From assembly GCA_964623775.1 (NCBI GenBank), contig CAZUVH010000002.1, positions 1,089 to 65,088 of the forward strand: 64,000 bases of DNA, written 5' to 3'. This DNA comes from an uncultured Candidatus Saccharibacteria bacterium. Lineage in GTDB: Bacteria > Patescibacteriota > Minisyncoccia > Phycocordibacterales > UBA2100. Below, piece after piece: positions 1 through 9,784 of this stretch. Both the position numbers and the translations under genes were made by a program. Position 1 is the first letter of the stretch; each line of letters opens with the position of its first letter. The notes beneath the pieces were generated by a model, which made no database searches, had not been told where the DNA came from, and saw nothing but the letters and a program-made list of their open reading frames with translations.

Positions 1-428
1 CTGGCATTTCCGCCTCGCGTCACTTGCCGCTTGTGATGCAGAAGCTTGAGCCACTGAAAGAGAGGACGGTAGTCACCGTGTGCACGGGCGGAATCCGCTG
101 CGAGAAAATGGCGGCATATTTACAGTACAAAGGATTCAAAAAAGTCCGACAACTCGATGGCGGGATTCACACGTACATGGAAAAATTTCCAGGAAAGGAT
201 TTTCAGGGGACGCTCTATACATTTGATCAGCGCATGACCATGGATTTTGGCGGTCAAAGAGAGGTAATAGGGAAGTGCCACCGCTGCGGAGCTTCGACGG
301 AAAAATACGCCGATTGCGCACAGGATTCGTGCCACCTCCACTTCCTTGCGTGCGACGATTGCCGTGATTCCGAGGGCAGGGTGTACTGCAGCGATGATTG
401 CAAAGCATCGGTCGTGAGCCATTATTGA
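1..428 (+). CDS. trhO: rhodanese-domain protein, C-terminal part (TrhO/YceA-like tRNA U34 hydroxylase); 5' end outside window
   Basis: Rhodanese active-site loop CTGGIRCEK followed by Cys-rich C-terminus (CHRCG...C..C..C), as in YceA/TrhO. Open from the window edge in this frame. Confidence 0.6.
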   Translation, partial: GISASRHLPLVMQKLEPLKERTVVTVCTGGIRCEKMAAYLQYKGFKKVRQLDGGIHTYMEKFPGKDFQGTLYTFDQRMTMDFGGQREVIGKCHRCGASTEKYADCAQDSCHLHFLACDDCRDSEGRVYCSDDCKASVVSHY

Positions 429-520
429 CGCCGGATTAAAAAAGTTGTACCCATAAGATAGTTCATAGCGAACCCCTTCTCCACGCTTGAGGGAGATAGG
501 AACACAGAAGGAGTTGGTCC

Positions 521-1297
521 ATGAAGTGGCCGCTAATGTTATCAACCGTGCGACACGGTCAATCGGCGTACAATATTCTAAGGGGAATAAAGGAGAGAGA
601 TCCCCAGTACATCGCATTCAAGAAAGCGTATGCGAAGGACTATACGTCGGCAGACGCTCGCAACCTTGCAGCCTTGATGGCGGAAAAGTATGCGCTCAAA
701 ACGAGCGACTACGACACGCCTCTTTCCGAGGTCGGCTGGGAGCAAGCAGTCGCGACGGGAGAAAACATCACTACGTTTGAGCATTATACGCGTCCCGACA
801 TTGTACTGGTGTCACCGTATCGGCGTACGCTTGAGACTCTCGCAGGGATGCAGCAGGGCGGATTCGATACAGGCCCTGCAAAGATCGTGGTCGATGACCG
901 TATTCGCGAGCAAGAGCACGGGCTGTCGCTGCTCTACAGCGATTGGAGAATTTTCCATGTCTTTCATCCGGAGCAGAAAAAGCTACATGATCTAATGGGG
1001 CCATATTGGTACCAGTATCCCCAGGGTGAGAGTACCTCGCAGGTGCGCGAGCGGATACGTTCAGTCACCAACACGATCGTCCGCGAATATGCGGGTCTCA
1101 ATGTCTGGTTGATTACGCATCATCTGACAAAACTCTCAATCAGGGCCAACATGGAACGACTTTCGCCGGAAGAGTTCATGCGTCTTGATCGCGAGGAGAA
1201 GCCAATCAACTGTGGTGTGATGGTCTATCGCGGCAATCCGCGCAGAGGGTCGGAAGGGAAGCTGGAGCTCGCGTGTTACAACGCCAAATTCTATTGA
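521..1297 (+). CDS. histidine phosphatase family protein (phosphoglycerate mutase-like)
   Basis: N-terminal RHGQS motif (VRHGQSAYN) typical of the His-phosphatase superfamily; 258-aa ORF. Confidence 0.6.
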   Translation: MKWPLMLSTVRHGQSAYNILRGIKERDPQYIAFKKAYAKDYTSADARNLAALMAEKYALKTSDYDTPLSEVGWEQAVATGENITTFEHYTRPDIVLVSPYRRTLETLAGMQQGGFDTGPAKIVVDDRIREQEHGLSLLYSDWRIFHVFHPEQKKLHDLMGPYWYQYPQGESTSQVRERIRSVTNTIVREYAGLNVWLITHHLTKLSIRANMERLSPEEFMRLDREEKPINCGVMVYRGNPRRGSEGKLELACYNAKFY

Positions 1298-1303
1298 TTG
1301 CTG

Positions 1304-1340
1304 CAGGCTCGCACCATATCGTGCGAGCCTGTTTCTTTTC
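1304..1340 (+). terminator. rho-independent terminator after phosphatase gene
   Basis: caggctcgcac-catatc-gtgcgagcctg stem followed by tttcttttc. Confidence 0.6.
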
Positions 1341-1362
1341 AATGTGTATAATACTGCAGAGC

Positions 1363-1391
1363 TTGACAAGGATTATAGCGAGTCGCATAAT
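1363..1391 (+). promoter_or_regulatory. sigma70-like promoter (TTGACA-17-CATAAT)
   Basis: TTGACA at 1363-1368, 17-nt spacer, CATAAT at 1386-1391, about 40 nt upstream of the 1434 start. Confidence 0.5.
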
Positions 1392-1433
1392 GACACTAGT
1401 CTAAATCTCCTCTAGAAAGGGAAGGAGTGCGCA

Positions 1434-1829
1434 ATGAAACGTTTTATTATCGCGCTGGCACTGCTGCTCGCTGGATTGGAGGGCGCGGCAGCTCAGTCGC
1501 ACTTTAAGAAGGCGAATCTGCCGACTGGTGGGCATTACTACTATCCCACCGAGGCGTATTTTTCTGAGCTGAAAAGCACGAACTGCAAATTCGAGGAATT
1601 TTCACTCGAGCAAAGTTTGTGCATCTCTCACGTAGACGGCTCCAACGGTCTTCGACGCAGGTGGGAAGCGCTGGACTCGCTCGCGTATCAAATAAAGCTG
1701 AATCCGAGGGTGGCGACGCCCGAATATCTCAAAATGTTTCGAGATACACTTGAGCAACTCTGCATCGAGTCGGTAGAGTTCCCCGACATTCGAAAAAAGG
1801 CTGAGGACGACCGTAGCTTCGGAGGTTGA
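1434..1829 (+). CDS. secreted hypothetical protein
   Basis: N-terminal signal peptide MKRFIIALALLLAGLEGAAAQ; GGAAGGAG RBS upstream. Confidence 0.55.
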   Translation: MKRFIIALALLLAGLEGAAAQSHFKKANLPTGGHYYYPTEAYFSELKSTNCKFEEFSLEQSLCISHVDGSNGLRRRWEALDSLAYQIKLNPRVATPEYLKMFRDTLEQLCIESVEFPDIRKKAEDDRSFGG

Positions 1830-1900
1830 TCTTGTGGAAGCGCGCAGGTTTGCGCGCTTCTTCTTTTTGTAAAAGGCGCTGCATGATACACTCCATGTGT

Positions 1901-2323
1901 ATGAAAAAACGTGTAGCCACAGCAATAGCCGTCGCATTATTTGCAGGGCCGTTTGTGGCCGTGGCTGAATCGGCGGTGCAAAATAATTCGCAGATTACGA
2001 CGCTCTACGCACAGCTCATTGTGCTCCTGCAGAAAATCGCATCGCTCCAGAAGCAATCTGTCATTTCGGTCTCGCCCGATCACGGCGCAGCACCCCTCAC
2101 CGTCCAGTTTGCGATCAATAATCCGACGGGGACGGAGTCGATCATCTTTGGCGATGGCGGATACAGCGGTCAGACGTGCATAAAAAAGGCAAACGGCTGG
2201 TGTGATTTCTCAAAGCCGCTCGCTCACACATATGCGCTACCTGGTACGTACACGGTCAATGTCTACACTCACAACGGGGAAGCAAAGATCGTGAGCACGA
2301 GCACTGTCGTGGTCACCAAATAG
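1901..2323 (+). CDS. secreted PKD-domain protein
   Basis: Internal Met with signal peptide MKKRVATAIAVALFAGPFVAVA. PKD-like motifs PLTVQF...FGDGG...HTYALPGTYTV. Start taken at the ATG at 1901 rather than the ORF-track start. Confidence 0.55.
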   Translation: MKKRVATAIAVALFAGPFVAVAESAVQNNSQITTLYAQLIVLLQKIASLQKQSVISVSPDHGAAPLTVQFAINNPTGTESIIFGDGGYSGQTCIKKANGWCDFSKPLAHTYALPGTYTVNVYTHNGEAKIVSTSTVVVTK

Positions 2324-2375
2324 AAATTCTCACTTTTGGGGTGCATTTACGCATAGAGCGTGTATCGTATAGAGA

Positions 2376-3383
2376 ATGTCCCTCAGAAGCACGCAGGGGT
2401 TTTGGCCTGTCACGATTGCGATAGGCGGCAATCTCACGGTCACCATCATCAAATTCTTTGCTGCACTCGGCTCCGGTTCCAGTGTCCTTTTTTCGGAGGC
2501 CATTCACAGTTTTGCCGACACCCTCAATCAGGTGTTTCTCCTCGTGGGACTCAGACGATCACTCAAGAAGGCCGACGATACTTTTGCATACGGCTACGGC
2601 AATGAGCGCTTCTTCTGGGCGCTCATATCAGCGTGCGGAATATTTTTTATTGGTGCCGGTATTACCGCGGTCCGTGGCATTGAGTCGCTCACGCACCCAC
2701 ATGAAATAGAATTTAGTTATACGATTGCAGCCGTCCTTTTCGCGTCATTGTTGATTGAGCTCTACACGCTGCGTGTCGCTGCACAGCAACTCATACATGC
2801 GTATCCCGATCATTCGTGGCGCGAACGCATCGACCATGCCGATTCGGCGACGCTCGCGGTGCTCCTCGAAGACACCGTCGCCGTCGTTGGCGTCGTCATA
2901 GCGGCATTGGCGATCGGTGCGTCGTATCTTTCGGGCAACACAGTGTGGGACGCCCTCGGCTCCATCGTCATTTCCCTCATGCTTGCTGCCGTCGCCGTTA
3001 TTCTTATAGTCAAAAATAGATCGTACCTCCTCGGCAAGTCGATGCCGGAGGAGCTCGAGGTGGCGCTCATTGAAATGATCGAGGCCGAACCGGCAATAGA
3101 GAAAGTGGTCGATTTCAAATCGAGCGTAATAGGGCTCGGCATCTATCGCATCAAATGCGAAGTTGAATTCAATGGCTCGGCGCTTTTGCGCGATTCGTAT
3201 CGCGAGTCATCGCTCCGCGCGATGTACGAAAAAATTCATGACGATGTGGAGGAATTTAAGCGATTCATGGCCGATTATTCGGACCGTATACCGCGTCTTA
3301 TGGGCAAAAAAATCGATCAGATCGAGGAGAAACTCCGCAAAGAATATCCTGGAGTAAAACACATTGATATCGAAGTAAACTGA
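2376..3383 (+). CDS. cation diffusion facilitator (CDF) family metal efflux transporter
   Basis: TM-rich N-terminus with SEAIHSFADTLNQ (HxxxD metal site) and cytoplasmic C-terminal domain, the typical CDF arrangement. Confidence 0.8.
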   Translation: MSLRSTQGFWPVTIAIGGNLTVTIIKFFAALGSGSSVLFSEAIHSFADTLNQVFLLVGLRRSLKKADDTFAYGYGNERFFWALISACGIFFIGAGITAVRGIESLTHPHEIEFSYTIAAVLFASLLIELYTLRVAAQQLIHAYPDHSWRERIDHADSATLAVLLEDTVAVVGVVIAALAIGASYLSGNTVWDALGSIVISLMLAAVAVILIVKNRSYLLGKSMPEELEVALIEMIEAEPAIEKVVDFKSSVIGLGIYRIKCEVEFNGSALLRDSYRESSLRAMYEKIHDDVEEFKRFMADYSDRIPRLMGKKIDQIEEKLRKEYPGVKHIDIEVN

Positions 3384-3523
3384 GAAGGCGACCCCACATG
3401 TCGCATCGCTACTGCGACGCGCACGCAGGGCCCGCCTCGCGATCCCAAGTGTCGTCGCACTTGGGCCCCACGCTCCGGCCGCTTTTTTGTCTTTTCGAAC
3501 GCTTTGCGTTCTCAAAGCAAAAA

Positions 3524-3550
3524 AGCCCCGACTTTCGTCGGGGTTTTCTT
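3524..3550. terminator. bidirectional intrinsic terminator
   Basis: ccccgac-tttcg-tcgggg hairpin flanked by A-run upstream and T-run downstream; sits at the 3' end of the minus-strand gene 3550..3849. Confidence 0.55.
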
Positions 3551-3849
3551 CACATAAAAGGGCCGTCGTGCTTGCTCCGCTCATCCTCAATCGGCGGTCG
3601 CCATCCGATTGGTTTTGGGGGCTCCACATACGCCGGCACATGCAGCATGTACCAGGATGTGAGTAGTTCGATGACGACGCATATGCCGCATGTGACAATC
3701 ATCTCAAATTCAAAAATAGGCAATCCGCGCGAAGGGACTATGCCGCTTGCGCTTATGCCCCATGCGCCAATGCAGAGCATGATCACGCCGAGGGCGCTGC
3801 ATTTGATGAGCAGTACGATTATGATCGAAAAGCGGTTGAACGCTTCCAT
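3550..3849 (-). CDS. small membrane protein (hypothetical)
   Basis: 99-aa ORF with two to three hydrophobic helices; terminator immediately downstream. Confidence 0.4.
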   Translation of the reverse strand: MEAFNRFSIIIVLLIKCSALGVIMLCIGAWGISASGIVPSRGLPIFEFEMIVTCGICVVIELLTSWYMLHVPAYVEPPKPIGWRPPIEDERSKHDGPFM

Positions 3850-3936
3850 GGTTTTCTCCCTAAGGTAGTTTCTGAAATCACTCTACCCCCGGCCCGCCTG
3901 GAGCGCCAGCGTCTAAATTTAGTGTAAAATTATTGC

Positions 3937-5004
3937 ATGACGAAGCATCCGGTGTACGAAAAGCTGATCAAGCAGCACCTCAAAATCCTGAAAGGCCTTC
4001 AATACGAATCAGGACTCTTTGCGGCATCGAAAAAAGGGATTGAGACCGGGTACGACAAAGCGTGGCTTCGCGACAATTTCTACGAATGCCTCGCATTTGA
4101 AGTCTTGGAGGATTGGGACACCGTACAAAAGACGTATCGCGCGATTCTCAACATCCTAAAAAAGCACGAATACAAGATTGATCATGCGATCAGTAAAAAG
4201 CCGGAGCATACACATCAGTACATTCACCCACGCTATCATCCGGAGACATTCGACGAGTACTGGGAGGAGTGGGGCAACAAGCAAAACGATTCGATCGGGT
4301 GCATCCTTTTCAAGATAGGAGAACTCGAGAAGATTCGAAAGGGCATGATCGTTACCGATGACGACGACCGTCGTGTCTTGCAAAAGCTCGTGTGGTATCT
4401 CTCGACGCTCGAATACTGGCACGATCTTGACTCCGGTATGTGGGAAGAGAATCAGGAGATTCACGCCTCGTCGGTCGGCGCTTGTGTGGCAGGCCTCAAG
4501 ATGGCGCGGCACATCGACGGGATAGATGTGCCGAACGATCTTATCGCGCTCGGCGAGCAGATACTCCGCGCCATAATGCCTCGCGAATCCGAACAAAAGT
4601 TTGTCGACCTCGCACTCCTCTCGCTCATTTGGCCGTATGACGTCCTTACCGCAGAGGAGACCGCACTCGTACTCGACAATGTGGAATACCATCTTCTTCG
4701 CGAGCGCGGCGTGATCCGCTACAAGGGCGATCATTACTACAACAAAAATCCCGACGGGTGGTCCGAGGAGGCGGAATGGACTTTTGGCCTCTGCTGGCTC
4801 GCGATTATTTACGAGCAACTTGGTGATCATGAAAAGGCATCTGCCTTTGTGGAGCGCGCGAGAGCCGCAATGACGAAGAAGGGGTTGCCCGAGCTCTACT
4901 TTTCTAATTCCACAAAATACAACGACAATACACCACTCGGATGGAGTGAGAGCCTTTTTATCGTCGCACTCCACGACGTCAACGAGGGCTCACTAAAAAA
5001 ATAA
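3937..5004 (+). CDS. glycoside hydrolase family 15-like (glucoamylase/trehalase-like) protein
   Basis: AWLRDN motif near N-terminus and SGMWEENQ (the GH15 catalytic WEE motif), alpha/alpha-toroid-like length. Confidence 0.55.
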   Translation: MTKHPVYEKLIKQHLKILKGLQYESGLFAASKKGIETGYDKAWLRDNFYECLAFEVLEDWDTVQKTYRAILNILKKHEYKIDHAISKKPEHTHQYIHPRYHPETFDEYWEEWGNKQNDSIGCILFKIGELEKIRKGMIVTDDDDRRVLQKLVWYLSTLEYWHDLDSGMWEENQEIHASSVGACVAGLKMARHIDGIDVPNDLIALGEQILRAIMPRESEQKFVDLALLSLIWPYDVLTAEETALVLDNVEYHLLRERGVIRYKGDHYYNKNPDGWSEEAEWTFGLCWLAIIYEQLGDHEKASAFVERARAAMTKKGLPELYFSNSTKYNDNTPLGWSESLFIVALHDVNEGSLKK

Positions 5005-5006
5005 AA

Positions 5007-5026
5007 CCGCCCACAATTCGTGGGCG
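5007..5026 (-). terminator. intrinsic terminator (minus strand; possibly bidirectional)
   Basis: ccgcccac-aatt-gtgggcgg hairpin; T-run on the minus strand (A-run on plus). Confidence 0.55.
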
Positions 5027-5033
5027 GCACATT

Positions 5034-5327
5034 TCAGCTGTGGCATGAACCGCCGCAGCAGCTGTCTGTGGCATCGGTCGGCTGCAGTAGGGGATCGTCC
5101 TTCGTCTCGTCGTGGACCCAAGTCCACTCGCCACGCATCACTTCCACCTTGTAGCGAAGCTGCGGCACAGCAGAATTGTTTTTCCGATTCCTTCGAATCC
5201 ATTCCCGAGCTTCCTCAATGGCGGCCTCATTCGTATCCGCTGTCACTGTCTTTCTTGCACCTGCAGCGTACTCCAGTACTCCTGTCTCACTGAGGAAAAA
5301 GACACTCAGATTTACATGGTAGTCCAT
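5034..5327 (-). CDS. hypothetical small protein with C-terminal CCGGSCH motif
   Basis: 97-aa ORF ending directly at a terminator. Confidence 0.35.
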   Translation of the reverse strand: MDYHVNLSVFFLSETGVLEYAAGARKTVTADTNEAAIEEAREWIRRNRKNNSAVPQLRYKVEVMRGEWTWVHDETKDDPLLQPTDATDSCCGGSCHS

Positions 5328-5384
5328 CCAATATCTCCTTTTGATTCGCTGACATGACTATAACAAATAGAAGTTCAAAATGGC

Positions 5385-5420
5385 AACGAAAACCCCCTGT
5401 CGACTTTTCGGCAGGGGGTG
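5385..5420 (-). terminator. intrinsic terminator
   Basis: ccccctg-N-caggggg hairpin with T-run on the minus strand just 3' of gene 5425..5946. Confidence 0.55.
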
Positions 5421-5424
5421 AAGA

Positions 5425-5946
5425 TCAGTTCAGTTGTCGTTTGTTCTTCGGCGGCGAAGGGGCATCTGGCATGTCCCCAAGATCTTCGTCCTGCTGTCGC
5501 TGAACGAAAGTCATCACTTGTTCGGTCATCTGCTTCTCGGTGTCATACATCGTGATACACCATCCTTTTCGGACGAGGGGCATCTGCGATTGCAGCTGTG
5601 TCCAGATATTGGGATGAGTCGTCTTTGCGACGCGCTCGGCGACGCCGATCCAGAAAATCTGAAGAAGCATGTCGAGCTCGATCTGGAGCTCGAATAATCT
5701 ATTCACATACTCATCCTGCTCAGGAGGAGGAAGTGACGGCGTATCCTTGAACGCCTTGTGAATCACATCGTGTCGCTTCTGGATAAGACAAAAGAATTTG
5801 CGCTCACGGGGCTCAAGCGTCCCAAATACCTCCTCGTACTTGGTCGGTGCCTCAAGTTTGTCATTTGCGGCCGGATCTTCCACGGTGGCGTCGATGTCAC
5901 CCTCGAGCGTCTTCAGCATTTCGAAGATCGTTTTTTTCTCGGTCAT
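5425..5946 (-). CDS. hypothetical protein
   Basis: 173-aa ORF, no recognisable motifs. Confidence 0.45.
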   Translation of the reverse strand: MTEKKTIFEMLKTLEGDIDATVEDPAANDKLEAPTKYEEVFGTLEPRERKFFCLIQKRHDVIHKAFKDTPSLPPPEQDEYVNRLFELQIELDMLLQIFWIGVAERVAKTTHPNIWTQLQSQMPLVRKGWCITMYDTEKQMTEQVMTFVQRQQDEDLGDMPDAPSPPKNKRQLN

Positions 5947-6053
5947 TTCCCATTCCTTTCAAAGAGCGCCGTTTTTCTCGGCCATAGACTCCTTGCATAC
6001 TGACAAATGAAAAAAGGTTTGCAAGCTGTGAGAATGCGTTAGAATGGCACCTG

Positions 6054-7028
6054 ATGAAAAGGAAAACACCAAGTGATTCACTTCGTTATCTTGAGCACGC
6101 ACCACGGTCCGAGACCATTTCAATCGTTCCTATCCCATTTGATTGGGGAGCGGATCATGGAGACGACCTGGCAAAGGGTCCGCGCTATTTTATCGACAAT
6201 GGTATTGAGACTGTCTTTGAGACGGCTGGTATCAAGACAAATCTTCTTCCGGAACTCCGCGTATCAAAAAGCGATCGTAAAAAATTCCACGCAAAAACGG
6301 GCGACATAATTACCGACCTTCAGAAAGTCCTTGTAGACATACGCGATGTCGTCTCGGGTGAAGTGGGACGTAAACGCCCGATCATCGCGCTTGGCGGCGA
6401 TCATACGATTGCCATGGGCACGATTGCGGGAGCCGCAGCTGCATTGAAGGGAAACCTCGGTGTGATCTGGGTAGACATTCATCCTGATGCACATACGTAC
6501 GACACGTCGATAACGAAAAATCCGCACGGCATGCCGACGATGGTCGTGATGGGCGAAGGTGAAAAGAGACTCACGAGCATCGTGACACATCCGATCAAGA
6601 AGAAAAATTTCCTCTACATCGGTACGCGTGACGCCGATCAAGGCGAAATCGATAACATGCGTAAACATAAAGTTGAAAACATTACGATGATGGATATTGC
6701 CGAACACGGCATAGGTATTGCGCTCCGAGGCGTGGAGCGGCTCAATAAGAAAGTAAAAAATGTATGGATAAGTATCGATCTCGACTCGATCGATCACCAG
6801 GTTGCACCGGGTACGACGATGGCTACGCCCGGAAGTTTTACACATCGCGAGATCGTGACGCTCATGACCGCGATAGGGAAAACATGCAATGTGGTCGGCA
6901 TTGACCTCGTCGAGATGACTCCGGGCCGCGACATTGATCGCAAGACCGTACTCATTGCGCTCGAGATCGCCGCGGCATGCTTCGGCGCGAAATACAGTTG
7001 GTATACGAGGTACATGGAAGCGTACTAG
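6054..7028 (+). CDS. arginase/agmatinase/formiminoglutamase family ureohydrolase
   Basis: Mn-binding motifs GGDHTI, DIHPDAHTYD and SIDLDSID in canonical order. Confidence 0.8.
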   Translation: MKRKTPSDSLRYLEHAPRSETISIVPIPFDWGADHGDDLAKGPRYFIDNGIETVFETAGIKTNLLPELRVSKSDRKKFHAKTGDIITDLQKVLVDIRDVVSGEVGRKRPIIALGGDHTIAMGTIAGAAAALKGNLGVIWVDIHPDAHTYDTSITKNPHGMPTMVVMGEGEKRLTSIVTHPIKKKNFLYIGTRDADQGEIDNMRKHKVENITMMDIAEHGIGIALRGVERLNKKVKNVWISIDLDSIDHQVAPGTTMATPGSFTHREIVTLMTAIGKTCNVVGIDLVEMTPGRDIDRKTVLIALEIAAACFGAKYSWYTRYMEAY

Positions 7029-7030
7029 AA

Positions 7031-7058
7031 TTGACATTTGTGCATAAAATCGTATAAT
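7031..7058 (+). promoter_or_regulatory. consensus sigma70 promoter (TTGACA-16-TATAAT)
   Basis: Perfect -35 and -10 hexamers at 7031-7036 and 7053-7058. Confidence 0.6.
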
Positions 7059-7094
7059 TTAAATAGTAACGAATTCAACAACGGGGAAACGGAA

Positions 7095-7685
7095 ATGTCA
7101 GACATTAAGGATATTCGAGTCGAGGTGCGGGTCAAAAACAACCTGCTCTTGAGTGCAATGGATCAGAGGGGTATCACGACGGTCGCAGAATTGTGCCGCC
7201 AAATGGGCATCCCATCGAGTCAGAGCCATGTAGGGGACCTCGTCAATATGAAGTTGCCGGCGCGTAAGGCAAATGGCGACTGGTATCCACTGGTGATCAA
7301 GCTTTCAGATTTTTTTCAGTGCATGCCCGAGGATCTTTTCAGCGATCCTCAGCAGTACAACAAGCTCGAAAAGAATCGCGCGTACGCCGAGCTTGGTTTC
7401 GGTGAGATGCAGCGGGTGATCGGACAGGAGAGTCCGGCTACTCCGGAAAAGCAATTAGAGGCAGTGCAGTTGCAGGCGGCAATCGCGCAGGCACTTCAGA
7501 AGCTGAAGCCGAGAGAAGAGCGCGTACTTCGCCTGCGATTCGGAATCGACTGTAAAGAGATGACTCTGGAGGAGGTGAGCAAGATCTTCAGCTTAAGCAA
7601 GGAGCGCATACGAGGCATCGAATCATCCGCACTCAGAAAGCTCAGACGACCTGTGTATGCAAGACCGCTTCTTGCTGCTCGGTAG
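7095..7685 (+). CDS. sigma-70 region-4 domain protein (region 4 only; no region 2 detected)
   Basis: C-terminal EERVLRLRFGIDCKEMTLEEVSKIFSLSKERIRGIESSALRKLR matches sigma70 region 4 (HTH). N-terminal 130 aa lack region 2 motifs. Start at the ATG at 7095 with GGGGAAACGGAA RBS. Confidence 0.6.
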   Translation: MSDIKDIRVEVRVKNNLLLSAMDQRGITTVAELCRQMGIPSSQSHVGDLVNMKLPARKANGDWYPLVIKLSDFFQCMPEDLFSDPQQYNKLEKNRAYAELGFGEMQRVIGQESPATPEKQLEAVQLQAAIAQALQKLKPREERVLRLRFGIDCKEMTLEEVSKIFSLSKERIRGIESSALRKLRRPVYARPLLAAR

Positions 7686-7692
7686 ATATCGA

Positions 7693-7735
7693 AGCATCGA
7701 CCTTTTGGCCGGTGCTTCTTTTTTGTAGGGTATAA
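7693..7735 (+). terminator. probable intrinsic terminator
   Basis: gaagca...tgcttc stem followed by ttttttg. Confidence 0.4.
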
Positions 7736-7744
7736 TTCTGACGC

Positions 7745-8683
7745 ATGTCTAAAGTAATCGTCTCAGGCTCGCTCGCGTACGATCGGATCATGGATTATCC
7801 GGGTCTTTTTGCCGAGCACGTGCTACCGGAGAAGCAAAACAGCATCAATCTGAGTTTCAATGTCGACAAATTATCCGTGGAGTTCGGCGGCACGGCTGGC
7901 AATATCGCCTACAACCTGGCGCTTCTTGGTGAGAGCCCCGAGATCATTGCATCGGCCGGTCAGGATTTTGCTGCGTACAAATCCCACCTGCTGCTCGTCG
8001 GGATCAATGCGTCGACCGTTCGATTACTTGAAGGAGTACTTACGTCCTCGGCATTCGTTTTTACTGATAAGGAAGACAATCAAATCTCCGCTTTCTATCC
8101 TGGAGCGGGCGCATCAGCATACGATACGCCGGTCAACACCGATGGTCGTGCGCTCGCGATGGTCTCGGCTGGGTGCATACAAGACATGGTAGAGCTCCCA
8201 CAACAATACAAGCGTCAGAATTTGAAATATTTTTTTGATCCCGGGCACCAAATAGACGGGCTCACACCGGACCAATTGCGAGATGGTATTTCAGGAGCGC
8301 AGGCGCTTTTCGGTAGCGATTATGAGATTGGTCTCATCGCCCAGAAGACCGGGTGGACGGAAGATGCGATCCTTGAGCATGTGCCGGTCCTCATCGTGAC
8401 GTATGGGTCAAAAGGGTCACGCATACGCTCGAGTGGGGGCGACTGGCAGGTGCCAGCGGTGGTCCCCAGTGTCGTCGAAGATCCTACGGGGGCGGGAGAC
8501 GCGTTTCGCGCGGGCTTCATCAAGGGAATTATCGCGGGATTTACACTCGATCAGTGCGCGCGCCTCGGTAGCGTCGTGGCCTCCTTCAAATCCGAAAAGC
8601 ACGGTACCCAAAATCACACTTTTTCAATGGATCAGCTGAAATCCCGCTACAAAAATGCGTACAAAGAAGATTTGAAGCTGTAA
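7745..8683 (+). CDS. PfkB-family carbohydrate/nucleoside kinase
   Basis: N-terminal GS.AYD ribokinase-like motif and PfkB signature DPTGAGDAF near C-terminus. Confidence 0.75.
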   Translation: MSKVIVSGSLAYDRIMDYPGLFAEHVLPEKQNSINLSFNVDKLSVEFGGTAGNIAYNLALLGESPEIIASAGQDFAAYKSHLLLVGINASTVRLLEGVLTSSAFVFTDKEDNQISAFYPGAGASAYDTPVNTDGRALAMVSAGCIQDMVELPQQYKRQNLKYFFDPGHQIDGLTPDQLRDGISGAQALFGSDYEIGLIAQKTGWTEDAILEHVPVLIVTYGSKGSRIRSSGGDWQVPAVVPSVVEDPTGAGDAFRAGFIKGIIAGFTLDQCARLGSVVASFKSEKHGTQNHTFSMDQLKSRYKNAYKEDLKL

Positions 8684-8687
8684 CTGG

Positions 8688-9674
8688 TCATTTCTTTAAT
8701 TTTCGCAGCGCATACCCGCCATACTTTTTTGCAAGATCATGTTGTCCGAGCATGGTGCGGTATGCCCATTGGATGAGCGCTCCGTGCAGCGCGTACGCGT
8801 CTACGATATGCGATGGGATAGTGCCATACGCTTTTTCGCGCGCGTCGTGGACGCTCTTCGGGAGTGATGCATCGCCCAATACTTCCGCATCGACTGCGGT
8901 GCGTATAAGTGCAAAATGCGGATCGTTCACGCGCCAATGCTCGTTGGGAGGCATGATGTCGATAAAAGAAGCCTTACCTCCCAGCCAGAGAATATTGTCG
9001 GAATTCGTATCCTTCGCCACACGATAATCGTCGGAAGTAAATTCATTAAAGTACGGATCATTCGCGATCGTGTCAGAAAGCTTGCGTATCGCCTCACTGC
9101 GTACCTCAGCGGGTATTTCGGTGTGTAGCTCGGAGAGCCATTCGTCCAAATCCCGGAGCGATTGAATACGAAGATCTGTGTACGAGCGGTCGAAGATATG
9201 CGAAAGGGAATCGCGCTTTTCGCGAGTGAGATTCTCAAGATTTTCAATCATCGCCTCGGCTATTGCCGTCATTGTCTCTCCATCGATTGCCCCGGCAGGT
9301 AAGAGGCGAGTGAGATTTGACGAGGTGTCGATATTTTTCATCTCAATCGCCCAGTCGTGCGCGGTATCGAGATCCGTAAGAGAAAGAGTTTCGTCGAAGC
9401 CGTGTAGCTTTGTATATACTTGAGGAGCAGCGATGTTGTTCCAGGTAAAGTCTTCGATGTAAAAACGCTTACGGAATGACGGTTCAGCGTACTGATTTCG
9501 ATGCTTATAGACCTTAATCACTCGATCTCCAAAGAAAAAAAGCTTCGCAAGGACGGTCTCGATTATGCGGTCGGGCATTCCAAAAGAAGTCTGTCCTGAT
9601 TCTAGGGCCTCGATAAGCTTCATTTGATACAGTATACCCTCACACCAATAGTTCCGGTATGTCATATATCTCAA
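8688..9674 (-). CDS. hypothetical protein (possible kinase/APH-like phosphotransferase fold)
   Basis: 328 aa; SFIDIMPPNE...DPHFAL loosely resembles the IDxE...DPxxDLA segment of APH/CotS kinases. Weak. Confidence 0.4.
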   Translation of the reverse strand: MRYMTYRNYWCEGILYQMKLIEALESGQTSFGMPDRIIETVLAKLFFFGDRVIKVYKHRNQYAEPSFRKRFYIEDFTWNNIAAPQVYTKLHGFDETLSLTDLDTAHDWAIEMKNIDTSSNLTRLLPAGAIDGETMTAIAEAMIENLENLTREKRDSLSHIFDRSYTDLRIQSLRDLDEWLSELHTEIPAEVRSEAIRKLSDTIANDPYFNEFTSDDYRVAKDTNSDNILWLGGKASFIDIMPPNEHWRVNDPHFALIRTAVDAEVLGDASLPKSVHDAREKAYGTIPSHIVDAYALHGALIQWAYRTMLGQHDLAKKYGGYALRKLKK

Positions 9675-9784
9675 AAAACATTCGCAATTCGGATTTGACT
9701 TATTTTCGAAAAAATTCAGCTATTGGTGTCAGGGTATACAAAAAAGATCGAGCGCAGACGACTAATCGTCTGCGCTCGTTCCCA

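Noticed and set aside
4156-4974. 272-aa minus-strand ORF
   Set aside because: Antisense shadow of the GH15-like gene; no RBS or motifs.
6264-7037. 257-aa minus-strand ORF
   Set aside because: Antisense shadow of the arginase-family gene, which has clear Mn-site motifs.
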